Below are positions 26,453-35,405 of a DNA stretch of 64,000 nucleotides, in pieces (position 1 is the stretch's first letter; the number at the start of each line of letters is the position of its first letter). The notes below the pieces were generated by a model. That model had not been told where the DNA came from, did not search any database, and saw only the letters and a program-made list of their open reading frames with translations. The position numbers and the translations under genes are program-made. The DNA is from a virus (lineage: Duplodnaviria > Caudoviricetes): positions 9,147-73,146 of IMG/VR virus record IMGVR_UViG_3300037478_000223; one strand, 5' to 3'.

Positions 26453-26511
26453 TCTGTAAGGGTTGTTCGTTCTCTGCCTTACAGACAGGTGGACTACCTC
26501 GCCTTACAGAC
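26453..26511. promoter_or_regulatory. Capsid-operon leader with two direct and one inverted copy of CCTTACAGA
   Basis: TCTGTAAGG 26453, GCCTTACAGAC 26476 and 26501. Confidence 0.55.
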
Positions 26512-26601
26512 GTGGTGCCGCTACTTCTCGCATGGTAGACGATCTAGTGTGTCTGCGCGCGTCGGCGCGTCGCTGGCGTGTCGCTGGTGGGTGGCATGGG
26601 T

Positions 26602-26633
26602 GCGCCCCCGCACCTGGGATGGTGCGGGGGCGC
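26602..26633. terminator. 13-bp stem hairpin insulating the capsid operon from upstream genes
   Basis: GCGCCCCCGCACC / GGTGCGGGGGCGC. Confidence 0.7.
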
Positions 26634-26646
26634 TGTGGTGGTGGGG

Positions 26647-26742
26647 TCACCATGCGTCGATGATCGATGCGGCCTCGTCGTAGGTGTGGCCTTCGTCCAT
26701 GACGCTGTCCATCAGGTACTCGAAGTCTTCGAAGTTCTCCAT
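26647..26742 (-). CDS. 31-aa acidic peptide with own operator-promoter
   Basis: MENFEDFEYLMDSVMDEGHTYDEAASIIDAW; GGAAGG RBS; promoter upstream, terminator downstream. Confidence 0.6.
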   Translation of the reverse strand: MENFEDFEYLMDSVMDEGHTYDEAASIIDAW

Positions 26743-26782
26743 GGTGTGTCGCCTTCCGTGTTGGTGTTTCCCGACACGGAGT

Positions 26783-26823
26783 ACGTTACACACATCATCG
26801 GGGGATCGCAACTCCCGCGTTGC
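26783..26823 (-). promoter_or_regulatory. Operator-promoter GCAAC-N6-GTTGC, TTGCGA-17-TAACGT
   Basis: Direct sequence match. Confidence 0.85.
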
Positions 26824-27247
26824 CGTCGAGTGCACCGAGCATCCCGGATGCCTGTCGTCTGCCGGTCAACTCCCCCGCCTGGGAAAGCGCGTCGTCCATC
26901 AGCCGGGCCCACGAGTCAAGGCGGCGATGCGCGAGGATGACGCGCGCCTTGACCACCTCCACCACGCGCGCTGAGGGGCCCATCACGGACGTGACAGGCA
27001 TGTCCGGGTCTGGCTGCACGTCACCCACCATTTCGACGCGGTACAGGGCGCCGTCCGGGTGCATCGCGGCGAATCCCCGTGCGACGTCCTGAACCGTGGT
27101 CGCGTAGACCATGTCCGGGCGGATCAGGTGGGGTGCGGCGAGCTGCGTGAGTTCGTCGGCCATGTCGCGGGTCGTGCCGGTCACCGATGGGGGAAGGATC
27201 ATGTCACCGACGTTCAAGCCGGGTATGCCTCCGTGAAAGTACGTCAC
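26795..27247 (-). CDS. Arr-like ADP-ribosyltransferase
   Basis: YFHGGIPGLNVGDMILPP, VYATT, LYRVEMVGDVQPDPD match the Arr H-Y-D scaffold. Confidence 0.7.
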   Translation of the reverse strand: MTYFHGGIPGLNVGDMILPPSVTGTTRDMADELTQLAAPHLIRPDMVYATTVQDVARGFAAMHPDGALYRVEMVGDVQPDPDMPVTSVMGPSARVVEVVKARVILAHRRLDSWARLMDDALSQAGELTGRRQASGMLGALDGNAGVAIPR

Positions 27248-27723
27248 TGCTTGTTCTCCCTTGCTCGCCTGGTGCATTCGGCGGTCTTCCAGTGCAGTTC
27301 AACGGACGTCTGTGGCCCGCTGTAGTGGGTGCTGGCGAACTTCTTGCGGCATCGGGCGCATTCGGCCTGGTTCAGGCTTCGTGTGGGTGTGCCGGGTGGT
27401 GGCGGTGCGCCGTTCAGGGGTTCCGCGAGGTCGTACACGGTCACCTTGCGCCAGTTCGTCAGGCGTTCGTCATCCATGCCGGGGTGGAGACCTTCGGCGA
27501 GTTCGACCAGACTCGGAGATACCGGGTCGGGACGGATGGGCTTCACGAAGTAGTGCGGGCCCACGTGCTCCTGGTCTTCGTCGTCCCATTCGGCGCCGGA
27601 TCGGCGGTTGAGCGTGTCCGCCAGTGTGTGTGCTTCGCCTTCGCCTTCGATGTCGGCAACGTGCCGGGACGGCTCCCACATGCCTGGACTGTGGTAGATG
27701 CCGTAGTAGCCCGTGTCGATCAT
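27244..27723 (-). CDS. Hypothetical protein with C-terminal CARC motif
   Basis: Coupled ORF. Confidence 0.55.
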   Translation of the reverse strand: MIDTGYYGIYHSPGMWEPSRHVADIEGEGEAHTLADTLNRRSGAEWDDEDQEHVGPHYFVKPIRPDPVSPSLVELAEGLHPGMDDERLTNWRKVTVYDLAEPLNGAPPPPGTPTRSLNQAECARCRKKFASTHYSGPQTSVELHWKTAECTRRARENKQ

Positions 27724-28019
27724 CAGTAACCCGCCTGTGGGGGAAGGATGGCGTCGCGGTACTCGGCAGCGCTTTCGAGGTAGGGCCCGCGTTCTTCGGG
27801 TGTGGCGTCGTCCCAGGGGCGTGGGGTGAGGGCTTGTGCGCGCTGGTCCGTGTCCCACAGCGCTTCGGCTGTGTGGTCGTCTTTCAGTGCCGCTTTCAGG
27901 ACGCTCTTGGCTAGGTATATGGCGTCTGCTTGGGACATCTCGCTATGTGACCAAATGATGGTTGCCGCGCGCTTCACAGGCGTGGTCAGCTTGGCCTTGG
28001 CGATGCTGATGTTCGTCAT
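27723..28019 (-). CDS. Hypothetical protein
   Basis: Coupled ORF. Confidence 0.55.
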   Translation of the reverse strand: MTNISIAKAKLTTPVKRAATIIWSHSEMSQADAIYLAKSVLKAALKDDHTAEALWDTDQRAQALTPRPWDDATPEERGPYLESAAEYRDAILPPQAGY

Positions 28020-28288
28020 GCGGTTGCTTCCTCGGGTTCAGGATCGGGGCCAGGTTCGTCCTTGGGTGGTTCGTCGGGGGCTTGGTAGGGCCAGGTGATG
28101 TAGGCGCGGGTTCCCCCGAGGGGGAGGCCGGACCTCATGTCAGCGGGTGCGTTCTCCAGGTGAAGGCGTGCGTGTCGGGGCGCGCCAGCCATGATCGCGC
28201 GTTCGACGAAGGGGGCGAGCTGGTCCAGGGGGATTCCCCTGCCGCGCCAGGTCTCGGCGTAGCTGCTGCTGTTGGGTGAGAGCGTCAC
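28016..28288 (-). CDS. Hypothetical protein
   Basis: AGGAGA RBS before GTG. Confidence 0.5.
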   Translation of the reverse strand: MTLSPNSSSYAETWRGRGIPLDQLAPFVERAIMAGAPRHARLHLENAPADMRSGLPLGGTRAYITWPYQAPDEPPKDEPGPDPEPEEATA

Positions 28289-28511
28289 GGGGTGTTCTCC
28301 TAGGTTTCGTTTCCGGTTGCGTACCAGTCGATGTCCAGTCCGAGCATTCGCCATTGCCGGGTTGGTTCGGCTCCGAGGGGTCGCCACATGTTGCGGCAGG
28401 CTGTCAGACGCCATCGTTTGCCCGGCTCGCTCGGTCGCCAGTCGATGAAGACTTGCCCGCCCATGATCGCCAGGTGAAGGCGTCCGACGTGCAGGGTCCT
28501 GCCGTACTTCC

Positions 28512-28808
28512 TCATGTGGTGCACCTTGGGATGTGTCGGCATTTGTTGCTCTTGCTGCATTGCGGGTCCCATCTCCCGCGCCGGTAGTCCTCGCCGGTCA
28601 CGTCGATGACGCGGCAGTCGGAGCAGCGGAAGCACACGAGCGTGACGATTCGGCGTCCGTCAAGCATGTCCGGGTCATGCGGCACGGAGATGTGTAGCCA
28701 GTCGTGATACGTGAGGCGACACCACAGGGACCTGATGCGTCGTCGGCGGAACTGCTTGTTGGTGAGCCGGGCAAGAACGGCCTTCTTCTGTTCGTCGTTG
28801 AGCGTCAT
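28512..28808 (-). CDS. Hypothetical protein
   Basis: ATGA coupling. Confidence 0.45.
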   Translation of the reverse strand: MTLNDEQKKAVLARLTNKQFRRRRIRSLWCRLTYHDWLHISVPHDPDMLDGRRIVTLVCFRCSDCRVIDVTGEDYRRGRWDPQCSKSNKCRHIPRCTT

Positions 28809-28993
28809 GGGACCGGCTCGTTTCTCCACCCGAAGACGTCCGTCATGGGCATGCTCTCGACCGTGTAGCGGCACGTGGAGTGGTCGTAGGTGTAGACGCT
28901 CACGATGCCGTTCTCGACGCTGTCTTGGACGCTAGAGGCGTGGGGGAAGGTCCGTTCGGTTCCGTCTTCGAACTCAACGGTTACTGATGCCAT
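28805..28993 (-). CDS. Small hypothetical protein with own operator-promoter
   Basis: MASVTVEFEDGTERTF; GGGAG RBS. Confidence 0.6.
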   Translation of the reverse strand: MASVTVEFEDGTERTFPHASSVQDSVENGIVSVYTYDHSTCRYTVESMPMTDVFGWRNEPVP

Positions 28994-29037
28994 GGGTCGG
29001 GCGTCTCCCGGGTGTGTGTTGGTGTTCACCTCTGGTG

Positions 29038-29078
29038 AGCGTAAACGCCGCGCCCCTGTGATGCAACGCGGGGGTTGC
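29038..29078 (-). promoter_or_regulatory. Operator-promoter GCAAC-N6-GTTGC, TTGCAT-17-TACGCT, inside a larger inverted repeat
   Basis: Operator forms the centre of CCGCGCCCCTGTG...CACAGGGGCGCGG. Confidence 0.8.
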
Positions 29079-29095
29079 AGCACAGGGGCGCGGTG

Positions 29096-29302
29096 TCAGA
29101 ACGGGCAAGCGGTGTAGTCGATATCCGGGCCGTCGCCGTTGTCTGGCTTGGGTGGGAAGGTGATCGTGAACGCTTCGGGGCGTAGCTTGGTGGGGTTCTC
29201 CGGGTGGGTGGCGACGAAGCAGTCACAGATGCTCTCAGGGCAGCGGGGGCCAGTCCCGCCGAGGCCGGGGCACAGGGTGTCATCACCGATCCCGCTACCC
29301 AT
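29096..29302 (-). CDS. Small Cys-rich protein
   Basis: Coupled ORF. Confidence 0.45.
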   Translation of the reverse strand: MGSGIGDDTLCPGLGGTGPRCPESICDCFVATHPENPTKLRPEAFTITFPPKPDNGDGPDIDYTACPF

Positions 29303-29573
29303 CGTCGCCACCCTCGGGGACCGTGAGCACCGTGATCGGGAAGTACATCGTCACGAGCCACTGTGACGCGGTGGTCGCAACACCGGGGCCGCCTTCGACT
29401 CTCCAGGCGTAGTGGCCACGGTTGGGCATCCGCTGCCACTGGTCACCATCCCTGTCCCGCACCACAGTGTTCACGGGAGCAGCGTCAAGGATGGCGGTGC
29501 TCGCAGCAACCCAGTCGTCTGCCGTGCCGGTGGGTTCAATGGTGTCGCCGGACTGGAGACGGCGGCCGTTCAT
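29295..29573 (-). CDS. Hypothetical protein (LDAAPVNTVVRDRDGDQW)
   Basis: ATGA coupling; motif shared with next gene. Confidence 0.55.
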   Translation of the reverse strand: MNGRRLQSGDTIEPTGTADDWVAASTAILDAAPVNTVVRDRDGDQWQRMPNRGHYAWRVEGGPGVATTASQWLVTMYFPITVLTVPEGGDDG

Positions 29574-30007
29574 GCGCTCTTCCGCACGTGAGGAACAGAC
29601 ACGACAGTCAGGGGTTCGGCCGTGGAAACGAGCCACAAGGAATCTCGTTCCACGCTTCCGCCGTTAAGGGCCCAGACAGATTTGGGCACACGTCGCCAGT
29701 TGTCGCCATCGCAGTCGCGCAGGAATGTTCCCATGGGGGCATCGTCCAGGGCGCTCGCGGCTTCGGTGCGGTCGTCGATGCTACTGGGGAAGCTCTCGGG
29801 TACGACGTCGCCAGGCTTGAGCGTCCAGGGGCCCGGTTCGGTGGGCTCTTGGCCGCTGAGGCGCTGCGCAGCGGCGTGGATGTCGATGGAGAGGGTAACG
29901 CCGGAGACGTCGCCGTTCATGTACCGGTCGTTTGCGGCGTTGACGTCTTCGGCGAATCGGGTCAGTGCGGCGAGTAGTTCAGCGTGGTTGTGGTCCAGGT
30001 GTGTCAC
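29570..30007 (-). CDS. Hypothetical protein (LDDAPMGTFLRDCDGDNW)
   Basis: GTGA coupling. Confidence 0.55.
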   Translation of the reverse strand: MTHLDHNHAELLAALTRFAEDVNAANDRYMNGDVSGVTLSIDIHAAAQRLSGQEPTEPGPWTLKPGDVVPESFPSSIDDRTEAASALDDAPMGTFLRDCDGDNWRRVPKSVWALNGGSVERDSLWLVSTAEPLTVVSVPHVRKSA

Positions 30008-30378
30008 GGGTTCTCCAGGGTGAGGCGCGTCCAGTGGATGACGTCCACCTTGCCGTCTGTGTGGCGTACGAAGGCTCCGCAGTCGGTGGCACAGATGCGG
30101 TTTCGGATCACCATGACGGACTCGCCGGTTTCAGCGATCCATACGGTCCGTCCTGGGTACCACCGTTCGTTGATGGCGTCGACTCCTGTGGCTGGCTGGC
30201 GTTTTGGGATGCTACCTATCGTCTCTCTTCTGTGGTTTTCGGTTTGCTGCCGGGCGTCGCGCTGGTGGGCGGTGAACGTTTCGCGCGTACCTGCTTGCCC
30301 GATGCCGGGCCATCCGCATCGGCACATGAACTTGCCGTCGCTCACGTCGCGGTGCTCATCGGTGCTCATCTCGCTCAT
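30004..30378 (-). CDS. Hypothetical protein
   Basis: ATGA coupling. Confidence 0.5.
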   Translation of the reverse strand: MSEMSTDEHRDVSDGKFMCRCGWPGIGQAGTRETFTAHQRDARQQTENHRRETIGSIPKRQPATGVDAINERWYPGRTVWIAETGESVMVIRNRICATDCGAFVRHTDGKVDVIHWTRLTLENP

Positions 30379-30548
30379 CGCTGTACCCCCCGATCCGTCC
30401 CCTTGGGCTGCCGTGCGGCGTCCCATCCGGCCTTGAATGCCTCGTGCTCGCGACGTAGCGCGGCCGGGTCGGCGCTCACCCCGTAGTCGGCGCGGTAGTC
30501 CGTCCACGCGCACGCCAGCTCGATCTTGTCATCGGTCATCTCGCTCAC
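30375..30548 (-). CDS. Hypothetical protein
   Basis: GTGA coupling. Confidence 0.45.
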   Translation of the reverse strand: MSEMTDDKIELACAWTDYRADYGVSADPAALRREHEAFKAGWDAARQPKGTDRGVQR

Positions 30549-30751
30549 AGTCGGGTCTCCTTCGGGTCTGGCATCCCCGGCTCGGTCTCCCACTCGTCGT
30601 TCTGGATTGCCGATATCGCGATGTGGGCCGCCTGGTCGATGTCGTTCCACTCGCCGGAGGACCCGAAACCGATGTCGGTAAAGTCGTCCTCGCCAGGTCG
30701 CTGGCGCTGGATCGTGTACTCGATCCGGTACAGCGTCTCGTCCTCGCTCAT
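30545..30751 (-). CDS. Hypothetical protein
   Basis: Coupled, acidic. Confidence 0.55.
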   Translation of the reverse strand: MSEDETLYRIEYTIQRQRPGEDDFTDIGFGSSGEWNDIDQAAHIAISAIQNDEWETEPGMPDPKETRL

Positions 30752-30848
30752 CGGCTCTCATCCCCAAGTAGAGCGGTACGGATTCCGTCTGCGATGTGCG
30801 CGGCGCCGCGTGGGAGGCGTGCTATCGCGTATCGCTCGCGCTTGTACT

Positions 30849-31388
30849 TCATCGCATCTTCCCCGTTTCTTCCAGGAGACTGCCGGTGGGGCACGGCCAG
30901 TCGTGGGGCTCGTCGTAGCGGGGAGATCGGCAGGTCTTGCACACGTAGTAGGTCTTGCCGTGGGAGTCGGTTCCCTTGATGCGGGCGTGGATGGTGCGGA
31001 GACCGAGCATGAACTCACCCAGGTTCATCAGGGCGTCTTGCCATCCGCTGTCGTACAGGGGGGATCGGGCGACGTCGGGGTGTCGGATGCGCCAGGCGGT
31101 TTCGCGGCGGTCGCTGAGTGGAACCGTGTCATGGTCGGGTTCGTCTGCTGGTGCGTCCTTCTTGTTTGCTGGGGTGTAGGGGTTGGCGGCGCGCATGGCG
31201 TCTTCGATGATGCGCATGATCTGGGCGGCGTGTGATCCGGTCATGGCGCGGGCCCCCTCTTCCCATGCCTGTTCCTTGATCCGCTCGTCGTGGTGGTGAA
31301 GCCATTCGCCGATGTGGCCGAGGATGCGGTTGTCCGGGCCGAGGACGGCCATGCGTCCACCGTCGAACTTCACTGTCAGGTCAGTCAT
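30849..31388 (-). CDS. Hypothetical protein (AWEEG...NPY motif, C-terminal CxxC...WPC)
   Basis: ATGA coupling. Confidence 0.6.
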   Translation of the reverse strand: MTDLTVKFDGGRMAVLGPDNRILGHIGEWLHHHDERIKEQAWEEGARAMTGSHAAQIMRIIEDAMRAANPYTPANKKDAPADEPDHDTVPLSDRRETAWRIRHPDVARSPLYDSGWQDALMNLGEFMLGLRTIHARIKGTDSHGKTYYVCKTCRSPRYDEPHDWPCPTGSLLEETGKMR

Positions 31389-31819
31389 CGCGGGTCTCCA
31401 TCCTGGGCCGTGCGGCGGGCGCGGCGAGTGGTGAGCTTGTTGATTGCTCGTTCGGCGTCCGATGAAGGGGCGGCGGTGTCGGCCAGGCCGTGTGCGGCGG
31501 CTTCACGGCCGGTCGCGAAGATGGGTACCGGGGTGGTGTAGTCCGCCACGGCGTCGGCCGTTTCGGGGGTGATGTGTCCGCTCATTTCGGCGACGCGTAG
31601 AGCCAGGGAGTGGGTCATGTCGTGGCAGGCTGCCCAGCCGCCGCATACGTGTCCGTTGACCTGGTGGCACAGGAAGATCCCGGAGGGCTGTGCGGGGGTG
31701 TCTCGGTCGTAGGCGGGCAGCTTGGCGTATTCGTCGGGGTGCCAGACGCCCGAGGGGACGTCACGGCGGTAGGGGCACGTGCCACATGGGTTGGCGGCTG
31801 GCGGCTTGATGGTGGTCAC
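31385..31819 (-). CDS. DUF6283-like Cys-rich protein
   Basis: PCGTCPYRRDVPSGVW...FLCHQ...CGGW pattern. Confidence 0.6.
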   Translation of the reverse strand: MTTIKPPAANPCGTCPYRRDVPSGVWHPDEYAKLPAYDRDTPAQPSGIFLCHQVNGHVCGGWAACHDMTHSLALRVAEMSGHITPETADAVADYTTPVPIFATGREAAAHGLADTAAPSSDAERAINKLTTRRARRTAQDGDPR

Positions 31820-32256
31820 TGTCCGTGTCCTGTCTTGTTGATCAGGTTCATGATGGCGTGTGTCTGTTCTTCGACCTCGGGGGCTGTGAGGCAGTTCTCT
31901 GCTGCGTCGGTGTCTTCCAGTGCGGCGCGGACCTGGTCGAATGTGAGTGTGGTGTCCGGGGTGAACTGCGACCACTCGCCCTCGTGGGCGATGTGGGCGC
32001 CGTCGTGGGTGACGCACGCGAACATGCCATCCGGGCCGACCACGCCGCGTGCGAGCTTGGTTCCGTCTTCGTCACAGGTGATGGCTGCGGTCCCGGGCGT
32101 GCCGATGTCCCAGAGGGGTACTTCACGGGTTGCTGAGACCACGCGGTAGTCCATGGTCCCGTTGTCGGTTTGGGTGCCGACGTCGGTGACGACGATGACA
32201 ACGGTGTCTCCGGCTCGGATGTTGTCCTCGGGGACATCGATGGTCTTGGTGTTCAT
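31816..32256 (-). CDS. Hypothetical protein
   Basis: Coupled ORF. Confidence 0.55.
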   Translation of the reverse strand: MNTKTIDVPEDNIRAGDTVVIVVTDVGTQTDNGTMDYRVVSATREVPLWDIGTPGTAAITCDEDGTKLARGVVGPDGMFACVTHDGAHIAHEGEWSQFTPDTTLTFDQVRAALEDTDAAENCLTAPEVEEQTHAIMNLINKTGHGQ

Positions 32257-32513
32257 GGTGTTTCCCTCTCTCCGCATACGACACAGCGGGATGTCAGTTC
32301 CTTGGTGCGGGGGTCGCCGTGGGGGCGGTAGGCGTGCTTGCCCTGGCAGGGGTCGAACTCTTCGGCCGTGAACTCCGAGCCGCATCCGCCGCGCTTGCCG
32401 CAGATCCAGCCTTCGGCGCCGTCGTAGTTCAGGAAGTGGGGGCAGACGGGGCAGCGTGGCTCGCCGTGCCGGTTCCTCTCCGGCTTCCTGGTCGCGTCTC
32501 GTTGGCTGGTCAC
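32253..32513 (-). CDS. Small zinc-finger protein
   Basis: CPVC, CVVC motifs; coupled. Confidence 0.5.
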   Translation of the reverse strand: MTSQRDATRKPERNRHGEPRCPVCPHFLNYDGAEGWICGKRGGCGSEFTAEEFDPCQGKHAYRPHGDPRTKELTSRCVVCGERETP

Positions 32514-32752
32514 GGGTTCGGCCTTTCGTGTCGCGTGTGGTTGAGGGCGTTCAGAATGTCGCGTGCGGCTTGCTGGTCGATGTCCAGGTGCCATGTGTCG
32601 GAGTAGGCGTGCCGGTCGGTGATGACCTTGCCTTTGGTGAACTGTGCGAGCGCGTTCATCAGGTCGATCGCGGCTTCCTTGCTCGCGGTGACGCGGGCTA
32701 GCCGGTCGTCGAGTTGGGCGCGCAGTTCGGGGGTGTCTTCGCGGTGGCTCAT
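32510..32752 (-). CDS. Hypothetical protein
   Basis: Coupled ORF. Confidence 0.55.
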   Translation of the reverse strand: MSHREDTPELRAQLDDRLARVTASKEAAIDLMNALAQFTKGKVITDRHAYSDTWHLDIDQQAARDILNALNHTRHERPNP

Positions 32753-33093
32753 CGTCCATACACCTCCACCAGGATTCGCGCGTCACGGTAGGTGGTCTCT
32801 GTGATGTTCCGGCTGACCGCGAACGCGTGGCCGAACTTCCATCGGCGGGTGTTGCGGAAAGCGACCACGGAGACGCCGGAGTCGAACATGTGCTTGCCGT
32901 GCCCGTACGCGCTGACCTTGTGCGGTTCGTCGGTCACGGTGACTTCGCGGCCCATGGTGCGCATGAAGTCTGCTGTGGCGAGTACGAAGTCACGTGCGGT
33001 GCGGTACCGGTTGCGCAGTCGGACGGTTCCGTACTCGTCTCGGGTGAGGGAGGTGGGGAGTGGTCCGGTGAAGTTCGATGGGTTGGTGCCCAT
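32749..33093 (-). CDS. Hypothetical protein, first gene after operator-promoter
   Basis: GGAGG RBS. Confidence 0.65.
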   Translation of the reverse strand: MGTNPSNFTGPLPTSLTRDEYGTVRLRNRYRTARDFVLATADFMRTMGREVTVTDEPHKVSAYGHGKHMFDSGVSVVAFRNTRRWKFGHAFAVSRNITETTYRDARILVEVYGR

Positions 33094-33129
33094 GGTGGCC
33101 TCCGTGGTTGGTTGTTCCCGACACCAACT

Positions 33130-33182
33130 ATGTTACACACATGAACGGCCTACCGCAACATCAGCGTTGCGGTAGGCCGTTC
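33130..33182 (-). promoter_or_regulatory. Operator-promoter TTGCGG-17-TAACAT; operator is the apex of a 17-bp perfect hairpin (33143-33182)
   Basis: GAACGGCCTACCGCAAC-ATCAGC-GTTGCGGTAGGCCGTTC. Confidence 0.85.
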
Positions 33183-33205
33183 GGTGCGTGGGACCTGATC
33201 ACGGG

Positions 33206-34066
33206 CTACTTCGGGATGGGGAACGTGTCCTTCGTCCACGCCTTGCCTCGGGGGCGTTGGTAGCGGATGATTTCGCGGCCTTCCCGGCGTGCGTTCCACG
33301 CCTGGATCATCCATCCCAGGGCGTCACGCTCGTGGATGCGCTCGTGGATGGCCTTGGCGTGTAGGAATCGCTCGCGGAGGCTGTTGGTGGGGTCTCCGAT
33401 GGGTAGGCCGCCGTCTGCGATGTCGTGGATGAAGGTGTCTGCCTGGTCGGTGTCGATTTCGCGGAGGCGGGATGCGATGGCGATGGTGACACGGGGGGGT
33501 GCTTGGATGCGGCGGCATGGGTTGTACAGGTCTTCGACTGTCTTGATGTGGCCCGGGTGGGCTTCCAGCCACGTATCAAGGTGCGCGTCGGAGATCTCGC
33601 CGTGCGTTTCGGTGAAAATGTCGCCCCGCTTCCAGCGCATGCGGAATCGGGCCGATGATGACACGAAGTTGCCGTTCGGGATGCCGTCCATCAGGAGTTG
33701 TTCCCCGTGGATGCGAGCGCGCCCCCGGTCGATGCGTCGTTGCGCGTCGGTGGGGAGGCCGGTCATGACGGCCATGACCAGTTCTGTTCCGGCGCGGGCG
33801 AGGGCGGTGAGGCGGTGCTGTCCGTCGATGAGGCGGCCGTCTGTGTCGAATGCGAGGGTCGCTGAGGTGATGCCCCATAAGGCGTCTCGCATGTCGGATT
33901 CATACTTTGCGACGGAGCGGGCAGATAGGTTGCGGTTGCGGTCGTTGTGGGTCAGCCACGAGATTGCGTCTTGGCGGCTGACGAGAACCCATTGGAGGGT
34001 TGGGGTGTAGGCGATGCGGTCGATGAGGTGTGCTGGGGTCGCGTCGGAGACGCGGATGGCTGTCAC
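33206..34066 (-). CDS. ParB N-terminal-like domain protein
   Basis: RNRNLS...YESDM...LAFDTDGRLIDGQHRLTA motif. Confidence 0.75.
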   Translation of the reverse strand: MTAIRVSDATPAHLIDRIAYTPTLQWVLVSRQDAISWLTHNDRNRNLSARSVAKYESDMRDALWGITSATLAFDTDGRLIDGQHRLTALARAGTELVMAVMTGLPTDAQRRIDRGRARIHGEQLLMDGIPNGNFVSSSARFRMRWKRGDIFTETHGEISDAHLDTWLEAHPGHIKTVEDLYNPCRRIQAPPRVTIAIASRLREIDTDQADTFIHDIADGGLPIGDPTNSLRERFLHAKAIHERIHERDALGWMIQAWNARREGREIIRYQRPRGKAWTKDTFPIPK

Positions 34067-34113
34067 GGGGTGGTTCCTTCCATGGGTGGGTGAGTGTGTC
34101 GGGTGTCACGCTA

Positions 34114-34344
34114 CTACTGATATGCGAGGATGCGCGCGAGTTCTCTCGCGTACCGCATGGCTGCTTCCTGGTCTTGGTACCCGAGGGATGCGACTAGGCA
34201 GACGCCATCGGGGATGGCTGATGGCTTCCAGACGCTCCAGGTGGTGTTGTTCCGGTCGCGGGTGACGTGCACCTTGGGGTGTGTCTCGCAGGACCGGAGT
34301 CCTCCGGGCCCGCAGTCGTGTTTGCTGGACGGTGTGGCAGGCAT
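34114..34344 (-). CDS. Hypothetical protein
   Basis: GGAGA RBS. Confidence 0.5.
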   Translation of the reverse strand: MPATPSSKHDCGPGGLRSCETHPKVHVTRDRNNTTWSVWKPSAIPDGVCLVASLGYQDQEAAMRYARELARILAYQ

Positions 34345-34352
34345 GGTTCTCC

Positions 34353-34982
34353 CTAGAGCATGGCGGCGTCGATGGCCATGTAGTTGACGCGGTAGGCGAA
34401 GCAGTAGCGGGACTTGCCGTTGTCCTGGATCTTGAACCATGTCGAGTTCGGGATGTCGGAGTTTCCTGCGTTCATGACGACGGAATCACCGGTGAATGCT
34501 GCCACAGGGACATCGTTCTGTGTCTTGATCACGGCCAATCGTTCCTGACCGGTGAACAGGTCCGAGAAACGGCGCTTCAACACGTTCAGCCAGGGTGTGG
34601 CCGGGTCGGTTGAGGTGACCGCGATGTCGATATTCTCGCGGGGGATCAGGGCGACACCGGTCTCACATATGAGGGTGGATGACCCGACGATGTCTACGAT
34701 GTTGTTTCCCACGGAAATGGACATGACGGAACCCTTTTTCGTGCTGTCTCCGTCGTGGACGTCAGATGTGGTGTTCCGGAACGGGTACACGCTTTTTCCG
34801 GTGATGCTTGCCGTGGTCTGCCCTGAGTTGTTGTCGTAGGTCCATATGGTGGCCTCGCGGCCCTCCCATTGGGCGATAGCGTCGTCTACAGCGAACTCGG
34901 CGGGTTCGCATCCGGCGAGGCTCAGCGCGGGGCCGATGACGGCCAGGACGGCGGTGGCGATGATCTTGTGGGCGCGCTTCAT
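34353..34982 (-). CDS. Lipoprotein (DUF5052-like)
   Basis: Signal peptide with LAGC lipobox; TYDNNSG, GSVMSI, KTQNDVPVAAFTG segments. Confidence 0.65.
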   Translation of the reverse strand: MKRAHKIIATAVLAVIGPALSLAGCEPAEFAVDDAIAQWEGREATIWTYDNNSGQTTASITGKSVYPFRNTTSDVHDGDSTKKGSVMSISVGNNIVDIVGSSTLICETGVALIPRENIDIAVTSTDPATPWLNVLKRRFSDLFTGQERLAVIKTQNDVPVAAFTGDSVVMNAGNSDIPNSTWFKIQDNGKSRYCFAYRVNYMAIDAAML

Positions 34983-35003
34983 GATGTTCCTTCGTGTGTC
35001 TGG

Positions 35004-35405
35004 TCAGTGGTCGTGGTGCGGGAGTGGGTAGTCGTCGGTGACGTCTTCGGGGCGCGTATATCCGAATGCGGTGTACATGGCATCTGTGGCGGCGTTCAGT
35101 GCGTCGATGGTAGCGATGACGGCTCTGGCTGCACGGAGCTTCATGAGGCTCTTGGATGTCTGCACTCCGCAGACGAAGATGACTGCCAAGGCGATCACGC
35201 TTATCCACCATGCCCGGGAGTGTGCCGTGTTGAGCAAAACGGTGGTGAGCGCGGCACCGTTGATAAAAGACCAGAGAATCAGCTTTGCTGTGTTGATTCG
35301 TCGGGCCCGTACCCACATGGTGCGTTTGTGGGTGGCGTTGGCGCGGAGGGCTTTCAAGCGCTCGTTCATGGACGGTTCGGTCACGGGTTTCCTGACTGCT
35401 CGCAT
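35004..35405 (-). CDS. 2-TM membrane protein
   Basis: Two hydrophobic segments. Confidence 0.55.
   Translation of the reverse strand: MRAVRKPVTEPSMNERLKALRANATHKRTMWVRARRINTAKLILWSFINGAALTTVLLNTAHSRAWWISVIALAVIFVCGVQTSKSLMKLRAARAVIATIDALNAATDAMYTAFGYTRPEDVTDDYPLPHHDH

Noticed and set aside
29295-30007. Shared short motifs among small early proteins (LD.AP..T..RD.DGD.W; AW.EG...NPY at 30849, 45946, 55136; TCSNACR at 12209, 43812)
   Set aside because: Common actinophage micro-domains; no evidence of a distinct system
33206-34066. Complete ParABS partition system
   Set aside because: Only a ParB N-terminal-like protein; no ParA ATPase recognised, and such proteins are common in phages without partition roles
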